The notes under the pieces were generated by a model. That model did not search any database. It saw nothing but the letters and a program-made list of their open reading frames with translations, and was not told the origin of the DNA. A program made the position numbers and the translations under genes. Shown here in pieces: positions 11,233 through 25,961 of a DNA stretch of 64,000 nucleotides. The stretch is from Auanema rhodensis (Eukaryota; Animalia; Nematoda). The stretch is from assembly GCA_964057225.1 (NCBI GenBank), contig OZ059899.1:1426001-1490000 (forward strand), read 5' to 3'. The first letter of the stretch is position 1. Every line of letters starts with the position of its first letter.

Positions 11233-14200
11233 GTGTGAACTTATATCAGTTGATATCTCGGTGCATTTTTAAGCTAGCGCAAATCTGATAACACAGATCG
11301 ACGCAGCTTAAAAATCCGCATCGAATGCACTATACTACATTGAGAAACGCTTAATACAAAAATTAGTTATGATCGTTTGAAAAATGATGCATTAGTGTAT
11401 GTTGAGTTTCCATGTACACTCAACATTGCTTCCAAAAACATTTTGACAAAAATTTTTTCGAAAAATTTCAAAATAATTTAGCAAAAAGTAGATGTTTTTA
11501 GATTTCATTTTTCAAGGCAAAGACGATGGACAATGTTATTCAACGAAAAAATTAATTCTTCAGGGTGAAAATCGAGGATATAAGTGTGAACTTATATCAG
11601 TTGATATCTCGGTGCATTTTTAAGCTAGCGCAAATCTGATAACACAGATCGACGCAGCTTAAAAATCCGCATCGAATGCACTATACTACATTGAGAAACG
11701 CTTAATACAAAAATTAGTTATGATCGTTTGAAAAATGATGCATTAGTGTATGTTGAGTTTCCATGTACACTCAACATTGCTTCCAAAAACATTTTGACAA
11801 AAATTTTTTCGAAAAATTTCAAAATAATTCAGCAAAAAGTAGATGTTTTTAGATTCCATTTTTCAAGGCAAAGACGATGGACAATGTTATTCAACGAAAA
11901 AATTAATTCTTTAGGGTGAAAATCGAGGATATAAGTGTGAACTTATAAAAGTTGATATCTCGGTGCATTTTTAAGCTAGCGCAAATCTGATAACACAGAT
12001 CGACGCAGCTCAAAAATCCGCATCGAATGCACTATACTACATTGAGAAACGCTTGATACAAAAATTAGTTATAATCATTTGAAAAATGATGCATTAGTGT
12101 ATGTTAAGTTTCCATGTACACTCAACATTGCTTCCAAAAACATTTTGACAAAAATTTTTTCGAAAAATTTCAAAATAATTTGCAAAAAGTAGATGTTTTT
12201 AGATTTCATTTTTCAAGGCAAAGACGATGGACAATGTTATTCAACGAAAAAATTAATTCTTCAGGGTGAAAATCGAGGATATAAGTGTGAACTTATAAAA
12301 GTTGATATCTCGGTGCATTTTTAAGCTAGCGCAAATCTGATAACACAGATCGACGCAGCTTAAAAATCCGCATCGAATGCACTATACTACATTGAGAAAC
12401 GCTCGATACAAAAATTAGTTATAATCGTTTGAAAAATGATGCATTAGTGTATGTTGAGTTTCCATGTACACTCAACATTGCTTCCAAAAACATTTTGACA
12501 AAAATTTTTTCGAAAAATTTCAAAATAATTCAGCAAAAAGTAGATGTTTTTAGATTTCATTTTTCAAGGCAAAGACGATGGACAATGTTATTCAACGAAA
12601 AAATTAATTCTTCAGGGTGAAAATCGAGGATATAAGTGTGAACTTATAAAAGTTGATATCTCGATGCATTTTTAAGCTAGCGCAAATCTGATAACACAGA
12701 TCGACGCAGCTCAAAAATCCGCATCGAATGCACTATACTACATTGAGAAACGCTTGATACAAAAATTAGTTATAATCATTTGAAAAATGATGCATTAGTG
12801 TATGTTAAGTTTCCATGTACACTCAACATTGCTTCCAAAAACATTTTGACAAAAATTTTTTCGAAAAATTTCAAAATAATTTGCAAAAAGTAGATGTTTT
12901 TAGATTTCATTTTTCAAGGCAAAGACGATGGACAATGTTATTCAACGAAAAAATTAATTCTTCAGGGTGAAAATCGAGGATATAAGTGTGAACTTATAAA
13001 AGTTGATATCTCGGTGCATTTTTAAGCTAGCGCAAATCTGATAACACAGATCGACGCAGCTCAAAAATCCGCATCGAATGCACTATACTACATTGAGAAA
13101 CGCTCGATACAAAAATTAGTTATAATCATTTGAAAAATGATGCATTAGTGTATGTTAAGTTTCCATGTACACTCAACATTGCTTCCAAAAACATTTTGAC
13201 AAAAATTTTTTCGAAAAATTTCAAAATAATTTGCAAAAAGTAGATGTTTTTAGATTTCATTTTTCAAGGCAAAGACGATGGACAATGTTATTCAACGAAA
13301 AAATTAATTCTTCAGGGTGAAAATCGAGGATATAAGTGTGAACTTATAAAAGTTGATATCTCGGTGCATTTTTAAGCTAGCGCAAATCTGATAACACAGA
13401 TCGACGCAGCTCAAAAATCCGCATCGAATGCACTATACTACATTGAGAAACGCTTGATACAAAAATTAGTTATAATCATTTGAAAAATGATGCATTAGTG
13501 TATGTTAAGTTTCCATGTACACTCAACATTGCTTCCAAAAACATTTTGACAAAAATTTTTTCGAAAAATTTCAAAATAATTTGCAAAAAGTAGATGTTTT
13601 TAGATTTCATTTTTCAAGGCAAAGACGATGGACAATGTTATTCAACGAAAAAATTAATTCTTCAGGGTGAAAATCGAGGATATAAGTGTGAACTTATAAA
13701 AGTTGATATCTCGGTGCATTTTTAAGCTAGCGCAAATCTGATAACACAGATCGACGCAGCTTAAAAATCCGCATCGAATGCACTATACTACATTGAGAAA
13801 CGCTTGATACAAAAATTAGTTATAATCGTTTGAAAAATGATGCATTAGTGTATGTTGAGTTTCCATGTACACTCAACATTGCTTCCAAAAACATTTTGAC
13901 AAAAATTTTTTCGAAAAATTTCAAAATAATTTAGCAAAAAGTAGATGTTTTTAGATTTCATTTTTCAAGGCAAAGACGATGGACAATGTTATTCAACGAA
14001 AAAATTAATTCTTCAGGGTGAAAATCGAGGATATAAGTGTGAACTTATATCAGTTGATATCTCGGTGCATTTTTAAGCTAGCGCAAATCTGATAACACAG
14101 ATCGACGCAGCTGAAAAATCCGCATCGAATGCACTATACTACATTGAGAAACGCTTAATACAAAAATTAGTTATGATCGTTTGAAAAATGATGCATTAGT

Positions 14201-17200
14201 GTATGTTGAGTTTCCATGTACACTCAACATTGCTTCCAAAAACATTTTGACAAAAATTTTTTCGAAAAATTTCAAAATAATTTAGCAAAAAGTAGATGTT
14301 TTTAGATTCCATTTTTCAAGGCAAAGACGATGGACAATGTTATTCAACGAAAAAATTATTTCTTCAGGGTGAAAATCGAGGATATAAGTGTGAACTTATA
14401 TCAGTTGATATCTCGGTGCATTTTTAAGCTAGCGCAAATCTGATAACACAGATCGACGCAGCTTAAAAATCCGCATCGAATGCACTATACTACATTGAGA
14501 AACGCTCGATACAAAAATTAGTTATAATCGTTTGAAAAATGATGCATTAGTGTATGTTGAGTTTCCATGTACACTCAACATTGCTTCCAAAAACATTTTG
14601 ACAAAAATTTTTTCGAAAAATTTCAAAATAATTTAGCAAAAAGTAGATGTTTTTAGATTCCATTTTTCAAGGCAAAGACGATGGACAATGTTATTCAACG
14701 AAAAAATTATTTCTTCAGGGTGAAAATCGAGGATATAAGTGTGAACTTATATCAGTTGATATCTCGGTGCATTTTTAAGCTAGCGCAAATCTGATAACAC
14801 AGATCGACGCAGCTTAAAAATCCGCATCGAATGCACTATACTACATTGAGAAACGCTCGATACAAAAATTAGTTATAATCGTTTGAAAAATGATGCATTA
14901 GTGTATGTTGAGTTTCCATGTACACTCAACATTGCTTCCAAAAACATTTTGACAAAAATTTTTTCGAAAAATTTCAAAATAATTCAGCAAAAAGTAGATG
15001 TTTTTAGATTTCATTTTTCAAGGCAAAGACGATGGACAATGTTATTCAACGAAAAAATTAATTCTTCAGGGTGAAAATCGAGGATATAAGTGTGAACTTA
15101 TAAAAGTTGATATCTCGGTGCATTTTTAAGCTAGCGCAAATCTGATAACACAGATCGACGCAGCTCAAAAATCCGCATCGAATGCACTATACTACATTGA
15201 GAAACGCTTGATACAAAAATTAGTTATAATCATTTGAAAAATGATGCATTAGTGTATGTTAAGTTTCCATGTACACTCAACATTGCTTCCAAAAACATTT
15301 TGACAAAAATTTTTTCGAAAAATTTCAAAATAATTTGCAAAAAGTAGATGTTTTTAGATTTCATTTTTCAAGGCAAAGACGATGGACAATGTTATTCAAC
15401 GAAAAAATTAATTCTTCAGGGTGAAAATCGAGGATATAAGTGTGAACTTATAAAAGTTGATATCTCGGTGCATTTTTAAGCTAGCGCAAATCTGATAACA
15501 CAGATCGACGCAGCTTAAAAATCCGCATCGAATGCACTATACTACATTGAGAAACGCTTGATACAAAAATTAGTTATAATCGTTTGAAAAATGATGCATT
15601 AGTGTATGTTGAGTTTCCATGTACACTCAACATTGCTTCCAAAAACATTTTGACAAAAATTTTTTCGAAAAATTTCAAAATAATTTAGCAAAAAGTAGAT
15701 GTTTTTAGATTTCATTTTTCAAGGCAAAGACGATGGACAATGTTATTCAACGAAAAAATTAATTCTTCAGGGTGAAAATCGAGGATATAAGTGTGAACTT
15801 ATATCAGTTGATATCTCGGTGCATTTTTAAGCTAGCGCAAATCTGATAACACAGATCGACGCAGCTTAAAAATCCGCATCGAATGCACTATACTACATTG
15901 AGAAACGCTTGATACAAAAATTAGTTATAATCGTTTGAAAAATGATGCATTAGTGTATGTTGAGTTTCCATGTACACTCAACATTGCTTCCAAAAACATT
16001 TTGACAAAAATTTTTTCGAAAAATTTCAAAATAATTTAGCAAAAAGTAGATGTTTTTAGATTTCATTTTTCAAGGCGAAGACGATGGACAATGTTATTCA
16101 ACGAAAAAATTAATTCTTCAGGGTGAAAATCGAGGATATAAGTGTGAACTTATATCAGTTGATATCTCGGTGCATTTTTAAGCTAGCGCAAATCTGATAA
16201 CACAGATCGACGCAGCTTAAAAATCCGCATCGAATGCACTATACTACATTGAGAAACGCTTAATACAAAAATTAGTTATGATCGTTTGAAAAATGATGCA
16301 TTAGTGTATGTTGAGTTTCCATGTACACTCAACATTGCTTCCAAAAACATTTTGACAAAAATTTTTTCGAAAAATTTCAAAATAATTTAGCAAAAAGTAG
16401 ATGTTTTTAGATTTCATTTTTCAAGGCAAAGACGATGGACAATGTTATTCAACGAAAAAATTAATTCTTCAGGGTGAAAATCGAGGATATAAGTGTGAAC
16501 TTATATCAGTTGATATCTCGGTGCATTTTTAAGCTAGCGCAAATCTGATAACACAGATCGACGCAGCTTAAAAATCCGCATCGAATGCACTATACTACAT
16601 TGAGAAACGCTTAATACAAAAATTAGTTATGATCGTTTGAAAAATGATGCATTAGTGTATGTTGAGTTTCCATGTACACTCAACATTGCTTCCAAAAACA
16701 TTTTGACAAAAATTTTTTCGAAAAATTTCAAAATAATTCAGCAAAAAGTAGATGTTTTTAGATTCCATTTTTCAAGGCAAAGACGATGGACAATGTTATT
16801 CAACGAAAAAATTAATTCTTTAGGGTGAAAATCGAGGATATAAGTGTGAACTTATAAAAGTTGATATCTCGGTGCATTTTTAAGCTAGCGCAAATCTGAT
16901 AACACAGATCGACGCAGCTCAAAAATCCGCATCGAATGCACTATACTACATTGAGAAACGCTTGATACAAAAATTAGTTATAATCATTTGAAAAATGATG
17001 CATTAGTGTATGTTAAGTTTCCATGTACACTCAACATTGCTTCCAAAAACATTTTGACAAAAATTTTTTCGAAAAATTTCAAAATAATTTGCAAAAAGTA
17101 GATGTTTTTAGATTTCATTTTTCAAGGCAAAGACGATGGACAATGTTATTCAACGAAAAAATTAATTCTTCAGGGTGAAAATCGAGGATATAAGTGTGAA

Positions 17201-20000
17201 CTTATAAAAGTTGATATCTCGGTGCATTTTTAAGCTAGCGCAAATCTGATAACACAGATCGACGCAGCTTAAAAATCCGCATCGAATGCACTATACTACA
17301 TTGAGAAACGCTCGATACAAAAATTAGTTATAATCGTTTGAAAAATGATGCATTAGTGTATGTTGAGTTTCCATGTACACTCAACATTGCTTCCAAAAAC
17401 ATTTTGACAAAAATTTTTTCGAAAAATTTCAAAATAATTCAGCAAAAAGTAGATGTTTTTAGATTTCATTTTTCAAGGCAAAGACGATGGACAATGTTAT
17501 TCAACGAAAAAATTAATTCTTCAGGGTGAAAATCGAGGATATAAGTGTGAACTTATAAAAGTTGATATCTCGGTGCATTTTTAAGCTAGCGCAAATCTGA
17601 TAACACAGATCGACGCAGCTCAAAAATCCGCATCGAATGCACTATACTACATTGAGAAACGCTCGATACAAAAATTAGTTATAATCATTTGAAAAATGAT
17701 GCATTAGTGTATGTTAAGTTTCCATGTACACTCAACATTGCTTCCAAAAACATTTTGACAAAAATTTTTTCGAAAAATTTCAAAATAATTTGCAAAAAGT
17801 AGATGTTTTTAGATTTCATTTTTCAAGGCAAAGACGATGGACAATGTTATTCAACGAAAAAATTAATTCTTCAGGGTGAAAATCGAGGATATAAGTGTGA
17901 ACTTATAAAAGTTGATATCTCGGTGCATTTTTAAGCTAGCGCAAATCTGATAACACAGATCGACGCAGCTCAAAAATCCGCATCGAATGCACTATACTAC
18001 ATTGAGAAACGCTTGATACAAAAATTAGTTATAATCATTTGAAAAATGATGCATTAGTGTATGTTAAGTTTCCATGTACACTCAACATTGCTTCCAAAAA
18101 CATTTTGACAAAAATTTTTTCGAAAAATTTCAAAATAATTTGCAAAAAGTAGATGTTTTTAGATTTCATTTTTCAAGGCAAAGACGATGGACAATGTTAT
18201 TCAACGAAAAAATTAATTCTTCAGGGTGAAAATCGAGGATATAAGTGTGAACTTATAAAAGTTGATATCTCGGTGCATTTTTAAGCTAGCGCAAATCTGA
18301 TAACACAGATCGACGCAGCTTAAAAATCCGCATCGAATGCACTATACTACATTGAGAAACGCTTGATACAAAAATTAGTTATAATCGTTTGAAAAATGAT
18401 GCATTAGTGTATGTTGAGTTTCCATGTACACTCAACATTGCTTCCAAAAACATTTTGACAAAAATTTTTTCGAAAAATTTCAAAATAATTTAGCAAAAAG
18501 TAGATGTTTTTAGATTTCATTTTTTAAGGCAAAGACGATGGACAATGTTATTCAACGAAAAAATTAATTCTTCAGGGTGAAAATCGAGGATATAAGTGTG
18601 AACTTATATCAGTTGATATCTCGGTGCATATTTAAGCTAGCGCAAATCTGATAACACAGATCGACGCAGCTTAAAAATCCGCATCGAATGCACTATACTA
18701 CATTGAGAAACGCTTAATACAAAAATTAGTTATGATCGTTTGAAAAATGATGCATTAGTGTATGTTGAGTTTCCATGTACACTCAACATTGCTTCCAAAA
18801 ACATTTTGACAAAAATTTTTTCGAAAAATTTCAAAATAATTTAGCAAAAAGTAGATGTTTTTAGATTCCATTTTTCAAGGCAAAGACGATGGACAATGTT
18901 ATTCAACGAAAAAATTATTTCTTCAGGGTGAAAATCGAGGATATAAGTGTGAACTTATATCAGTTGATATCTCGGTGCATTTTTAAGCTAGCGCAAATCT
19001 GATAACACAGATCGACGCAGCTTAAAAATCCGCATCGAATGCACTATACTACATTGAGAAACGCTCGATACAAAAATTAGTTATAATCGTTTGAAAAATG
19101 ATGCATTAGTGTATGTTGAGTTTCCATGTACACTCAACATTGCTTCCAAAAACATTTTGACAAAAATTTTTTCGAAAAATTTCAAAATAATTCAGCAAAA
19201 CGTAGATGTTTTTAGATTTCATTTTTCAAGGCAAAGACGATGGACAATGTTATTCAACGAAAAAATTAATTCTTCAGGGTGAAAATCGAGGATATAAGTG
19301 TGAACTTATAAAAGTTGATATCTCGGTGCATTTTTAAGCTAGCGCAAATCTGATAACACAGATCGACGCAGCTCAAAAATCCGCATCGAATGCACTATAC
19401 TACATTGAGAAACGCTTGATACAAAAATTAGTTATAATCATTTGAAAAATGATGCATTAGTGTATGTTAAGTTTCCATGTACACTCAACATTGCTTCCAA
19501 AAACATTTTGACAAAAATTTTTTCGAAAAATTTCAAAATAATTTGCAAAAAGTAGATGTTTTTAGATTTCATTTTTCAAGGCAAAGACGATGGACAATGT
19601 TATTCAACGAAAAAATTAATTCTTCAGGGTGAAAATCGAGGATATAAGTGTGAACTTATAAAAGTTGATATCTCGGTGCATTTTTAAGCTAGCGCAAATC
19701 TGATAACACAGATCGACGCAGCTTAAAAATCCGCATCGAATGCACTATACTACATTGAGAAACGCTTGATACAAAAATTAGTTATAATCGTTTGAAAAAT
19801 GATGCATTAGTGTATGTTGAGTTTCCATGTACACTCAACATTGCTTCCAAAAACATTTTGACAAAAATTTTTTCGAAAAATTTCAAAATAATTTAGCAAA
19901 AAGTAGATGTTTTTAGATTTCATTTTTCAAGGCAAAGACGATGGACAATGTTATTCAACGAAAAAATTAATTCTTCAGGGTGAAAATCGAGGATATAAGT
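11233..20000 (+). repeat. Imperfect duplication of a ~14-monomer block (offset 4909 bp = 14x351-5)
   Basis: The same ordered series of variant monomers recurs. ORF-track copies 11728/16637 (SLG variant) and 12429/17338 are both 4909 bp apart. The second copy appears to lack two monomers. Confidence 0.75.
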
Positions 20001-23000
20001 GTGAACTTATATCAGTTGATATCTCGGTGCATTTTTAAGCTAGCGCAAATCTGATAACACAGATCGACGCAGCTTAAAAATCCGCATCGAATGCACTATA
20101 CTACATTGAGAAACGCTTAATACAAAAATTAGTTATGATCGTTTGAAAAATGATGCATTAGTGTATGTTGAGTTTCCATGTACACTCAACATTGCTTCCA
20201 AAAACATTTTGACAAAAATTTTTTCGAAAAATTTCAAAATAATTTAGCAAAAAGTAGATGTTTTTAGATTCCATTTTTCAAGGCAAAGACGATGGACAAT
20301 GTTATTCAACGAAAAAATTATTTCTTCAGGGTGAAAATCGAGGATATAAGTGTGAACTTATATCAGTTGATATCTCGGTGCATTTTTAAGCTAGCGCAAA
20401 TCTGATAACACAGATCGACGCAGCTTAAAAATCCGCATCGAATGCACTATACTACATTGAGAAACGCTTAATACAAAAATTAGTTATGATCGTTTGAAAA
20501 ATGATGCATTAGTGTATGTTGAGTTTCCATGTACACTCAACATTGCTTCCAAAAACATTTTGACAAAAATTTTTTCGAAAAATTTCAAAATAATTTGCAA
20601 AAAGTAGATGTTTTTAGATTTCATTTTTCAAGGCAAAGACGATGGACAATGTTATTCAACGAAAAAATTAATTCTTCAGGGTGAAAATCGAGGATATAAG
20701 TGTGAACTTATATCAGTTGATATCTCGGTGCATTTTTAAGTTAGCGCAAATCTGATAACACAGATCGACGCAGCTTAAAAATCCGCATCGAATGCACTAT
20801 ACTACATTGAGAAACGCTTGATACAAAAATTAGTTATAATCGTTTGAAAAATGATGCATTAGTGTATGTTGAGTTTCCATGTACACTCAACATTGCTTCC
20901 AAAAACATTTTGACAAAAATTTTTTCGAAAAATTTCAAAATAATTTAGCAAAAAGTAGATGTTTTTAGATTTCATTTTTTAAGGCAAAGACGATGGACAA
21001 TGTTATTCAACGAAAAAATTAATTCTTCAGGGTGAAAATCGAGGATATAAGTGTGAACTTATATCAGTTGATATCTCGGTGCATTTTTAAGCTAGCGCAA
21101 ATCTGATAACACAGATCGACGCAGCTTAAAAATCCGCATCGAATGCACTATACTACATTGAGAAACGCTTAATACAAAAATTAGTTATGATCGTTTGAAA
21201 AATGATGCATTAGTGTATGTTGAGTTTCCATGTACACTCAACATTGCTTCCAAAAACATTTTGACAAAAATTTTTTCGAAAAATTTCAAAATAATTTAGC
21301 AAAAAATAGATGTTTTTAGATTCCATTTTTCAAGGCAAAGACGATGGACAATGTTATTCAATGAAAAAATTATTTCTTCAGGGTGAAAATCGAGGATATA
21401 AGTGTGAACTTATATCAGTTGATATCTCGGTGCATTTTTAAGCTAGCGCAAATCTGATAACACAGATCGACGCAGCTTAAAAATCCGCATCGAATGCACT
21501 ATACTACATTGAGAAACGCTCGATACAAAAATTAGTTATAATCGTTTGAAAAATGATGCATTAGTGTATGTTGAGTTTCCATGTACACTCAACATTGCTT
21601 CCAAAAACATTTTGACAAAAATTTTTTCGAAAAATTTCAAAATAATTCAGCAAAAAGTAGATGTTTTTAGATTTCATTTTTCAAGGCAAAGACGATGGAC
21701 AATGTTATTCAACGAAAAAATTAATTCTTCAGGGTGAAAATCGAGGATATAAGTGTGAACTTATAAAAGTTGATATCTCGGTGCATTTTTAAGCTAGCGC
21801 AAATCTGATAACACAGATCGACGCAGCTCAAAAATCCGCATCGAATGCACTATACTACATTGAGAAACGCTTGATACAAAAATTAGTTATAATCATTTGA
21901 AAAATGATGCATTAGTGTATGTTAAGTTTCCATGTACACTCAACATTGCTTCCAAAAACATTTTGACAAAAATTTTTTCGAAAAATTTCAAAATAATTTG
22001 CAAAAAGTAGATGTTTTTAGATTTCATTTCTCAAGGCAAAGACGATGGACAATGTTATTCAACGAAAAAATTAATTCTTCAGGGTGAAAATCGAGGATAT
22101 AAGTGTGAACTTATAAAAGTTGATATCTCGGTGCATTTTTAAGCTAGCGCAAATCTGATAACACAGATCGACGCAGCTTAAAAATCCGCATCGAATGCAC
22201 TATACTACATTGAGAAACGCTTGATACAAAAATTAGTTATAATCGTTTGAAAAATGATGCATTAGTGTATGTTGAGTTTCCATGTACACTCAACATTGCT
22301 TCCAAAAACATTTTGACAAAAATTTTTTCGAAAAATTTCAAAATAATTTAGCAAAAAGTAGATGTTTTTAGATTTCATTTTTCAAGGCAAAGACGATGGA
22401 CAATGTTATTCAACGAAAAAATTAATTCTTCAGGGTGAAAATCGAGGATATAAGTGTGAACTTATATCAGTTGATATCTCGGTGCATTTTTAAGCTAGCG
22501 CAAATCTGATAACACAGATCGACGCAGCTTAAAAATCCGCATCGAATGCACTATACTACATTGAGAAACGCTTAATACAAAAATTAGTTATGATCGTTTG
22601 AAAAATGATGCATTAGTGTATGTTGAGTTTCCATGTACACTCAACATTGCTTCCAAAAACATTTTGACAAAAATTTTTTCGAAAAATTTCAAAATAATTT
22701 AGCAAAAAGTAGATGTTTTTAGATTCCATTTTTCAAGGCAAAGACGATGGACAATGTTATTCAACGAAAAAATTATTTCTTCAGGGTGAAAATCGAGGAT
22801 ATAAGTGTGAACTTATATCAGTTGATATCTCGGTGCATTTTTAAGCTAGCGCAAATCTGATAACACAGATCGACGCAGCTTAAAAATCCGCATCGAATGC
22901 ACTATACTACATTGAGAAACGCTTAATACAAAAATTAGTTATGATCGTTTGAAAAATGATGCATTAGTGTATGTTGAGTTTCCATGTACACTCAACATTG

Positions 23001-23154
23001 CTTCCAAAAACATTTTGACAAAAATTTTTTCGAAAAATTTCAAAATAATTTGCAAAAAGTAGATGTTTTTAGATTTCATTTTTCAAGGCAAAGACGATGG
23101 ACAATGTTATTCAACGAAAAAATTAATTCTTCAGGGTGAAAATCGAGGATATAA
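18245..23154 (+). repeat. Tandem duplication of a 7-monomer block (2455 bp = 7x351-2)
   Basis: TTTTTAAGGC variant at ~18525/20980; deletion monomers at ~19544/21999 and ~20596/23051; ORF copies 19091/21546. All pairs are 2455 bp apart. Confidence 0.85.
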
Positions 23155-25961
23155 GTGTGAACTTATAAAAGTTGATATCTCGGTGCATTTTTAAGCTAGC
23201 GCAAATCTGATAACACAGATCGACGCAGCTTAAAAATCCGCATCGAATGCACTATACTACATTGAGAAACGCTTGATACAAAAATTAGTTATAATCGTTT
23301 GAAAAATGATGCATTAGTGTATGTTGAGTTTCCATGTACACTCAACATTGCTTCCAAAAACATTTTGACAAAAATTTTTTCGAAAAATTTCAAAATAATT
23401 TAGCAAAAAGTAGATGTTTTTAGATTTCATTTTTCAAGGCAAAGACGATGGACAATGTTATTCAACGAAAAAATTAATTCTTCAGGGTGAAAATCGAGGA
23501 TATAAGTGTGAACTTATATCAGTTGATATCTCGGTGCATTTTTAAGCTAGCGCAAATCTGATAACACAGATCGACGCAGCTTAAAAATCCGCATCGAATG
23601 CACTATACTACATTGAGAAACGCTTAATACAAAAATTAGTTATGATCGTTTGAAAAATGATGCATTAGTGTATGTTGAGTTTCCATGTACACTCAACATT
23701 GCTTCCAAAAACATTTTGACAAAAATTTTTTCGAAAAATTTCAAAATAATTTAGCAAAAAGTAGATGTTTTTAGATTCCATTTTTCAAGGCAAAGACGAT
23801 GGACAATGTTATTCAACGAAAAAATTATTTCTTCAGGGTGAAAATCGAGGATATAAGTGTGAACTTATATCAGTTGATATCTCGGTGCATTTTTAAGCTA
23901 GCGGAAATCTGATAACACAGATCGACGCAGCTTAAAAATCCGCATCGAATGCACTATACTACATTGAGAAACGCTCGATACAAAAATTAGTTATAATCAT
24001 TTGAAAAATGATGCATTAGTGTATGTTAAGTTTCCATGTACACTCAACATTGCTTCCAAAAACATTTTGACAAAAATTTTTTCGAAAAATTTCAAAATAA
24101 TTTGCAAAAAGTAGAGGTTTTTAGATTTCATTTTTCAAGGCAAAGACGATGGACAATGTTATTCAACGAAAAAATTAATTCTTCAGGGTGAAAATCGAGG
24201 ATATAAGTGTGAACTTATAAAAGTTGATATCTCGGTGCATTTTTAAGCTAGCGCAAATCTGATAACACAGATCGACGCAGCTTAAAAATCCGCATCGAAT
24301 GCACTATACTACATTGAGAAACGCTTGATACAAAAATTAGTTATAATCGTTTGAAAAATGATGCATTAGTGTATGTTGAGTTTCCATGTACACTCAACAT
24401 TGCTTCCAAAAACATTTTGACAAAAATTTTTTCGAAAAATTTCAAAATAATTTAGCAAAAAGTAGATGTTTTTAGATTTCATTTTTCAAGGCAAAGACGA
24501 TGGACAATGTTATTCAACGAAAAAATTAATTCTTCAGGGTGAAAATCGAGGATATAAGTGTGAACTTATATCAGTTGATATCTCGGTGCATTTTTAAGCT
24601 AGCGCAAATCTGATAACACAGATCGACGCAGCTTAAAAATCCGCATCGAATGCACTATACTACATTGAGAAACGCTTAATACAAAAATTAGTTATGATCG
24701 TTTGAAAAATGATGCATTAGTGTATGTTGAGTTTCCATGTACACTCAACATTGCTTCCAAAAACATTTTGACAAAAATTTTTTCGAAAAATTTCAAAATA
24801 ATTTAGCAAAAAGTAGATGTTTTTAGATTTCATTTTTCAAGGCAAAGACGATGGACAATGTTATTCAACGAAAAAATTAATTCTTCAGGGTGAAAATCGA
24901 GGATATAAGTGTGAACTTATATCAGTTGATATCTCGGTGCATTTTTAAGCTAGCGCAAATCTGATAACACAGATCGACGCAGCTTAAAAATCCGCATCGA
25001 ATGCACTATACTACATTGAGAAACGCTTAATACAAAAATTAGTTATGATCGTTTGAAAAATGATGCATTAGTGTATGTTGAGTTTCCATGTACACTCAAC
25101 ATTGCTTCCAAAAACATTTTGACAAAAATTTTTTCGAAAAATTTCAAAATAATTTAGCAAAAAGTAGATGTTTTTAGATTCCATTTTTCAAGGCAAAGAC
25201 GATGGACAATGTTATTCAACGAAAAAATTATTTCTTCAGGGTGAAAATCGAGGATATAAGTGTGAACTTATATCAGTTGATATCTCGGTGCATTTTTAAG
25301 CTAGCGCAAATCTGATAACACAGATCGACGCAGCTTAAAAATCCGCATCGAATGCACTATACTACATTGAGAAACGCTTAATACAAAAATTAGTTATGAT
25401 CGTTTGAAAAATGATGCATTAGTGTATGTTGAGTTTCCATGTACACTCAACATTGCTTCCAAAAACATTTTGACAAAAATTTTTTCGAAAAATTTCAAAA
25501 TAATTTAGCAAAAAGTAGATGTTTTTAGATTTCATTTTTCAAGGCAAAGACGATGGACAATGTTATTCAACGAAAAAATTAATTCTTCAGGGTGAAAATC
25601 GAGGATATAAGTGTGAACTTATATCAGTTGATATCTCGGTGCATTTTTAAGCTAGCGCAAATCTGATAACACAGATCGACGCAGCTCAAAAATCCGCATC
25701 GAATGCACTATACTACATTGAGAAACGCTTAATACAAAAATTAGTTATGATCGTTTGAAAAATGATGCATTAGTGTATGTTGAGTTTCCATGTACACTCA
25801 ACATTGCTTCCAAAAACATTTTGACAAAAATTTTTTCGAAAAATTTCAAAATAATTTAGCAAAAAGTAGATGTTTTTAGATTCCATTTTTCAAGGCAAAG
25901 ACGATGGACAATGTTATTCAACGAAAAAATTATTTCTTCAGGGTGAAAATCGAGGATATAA

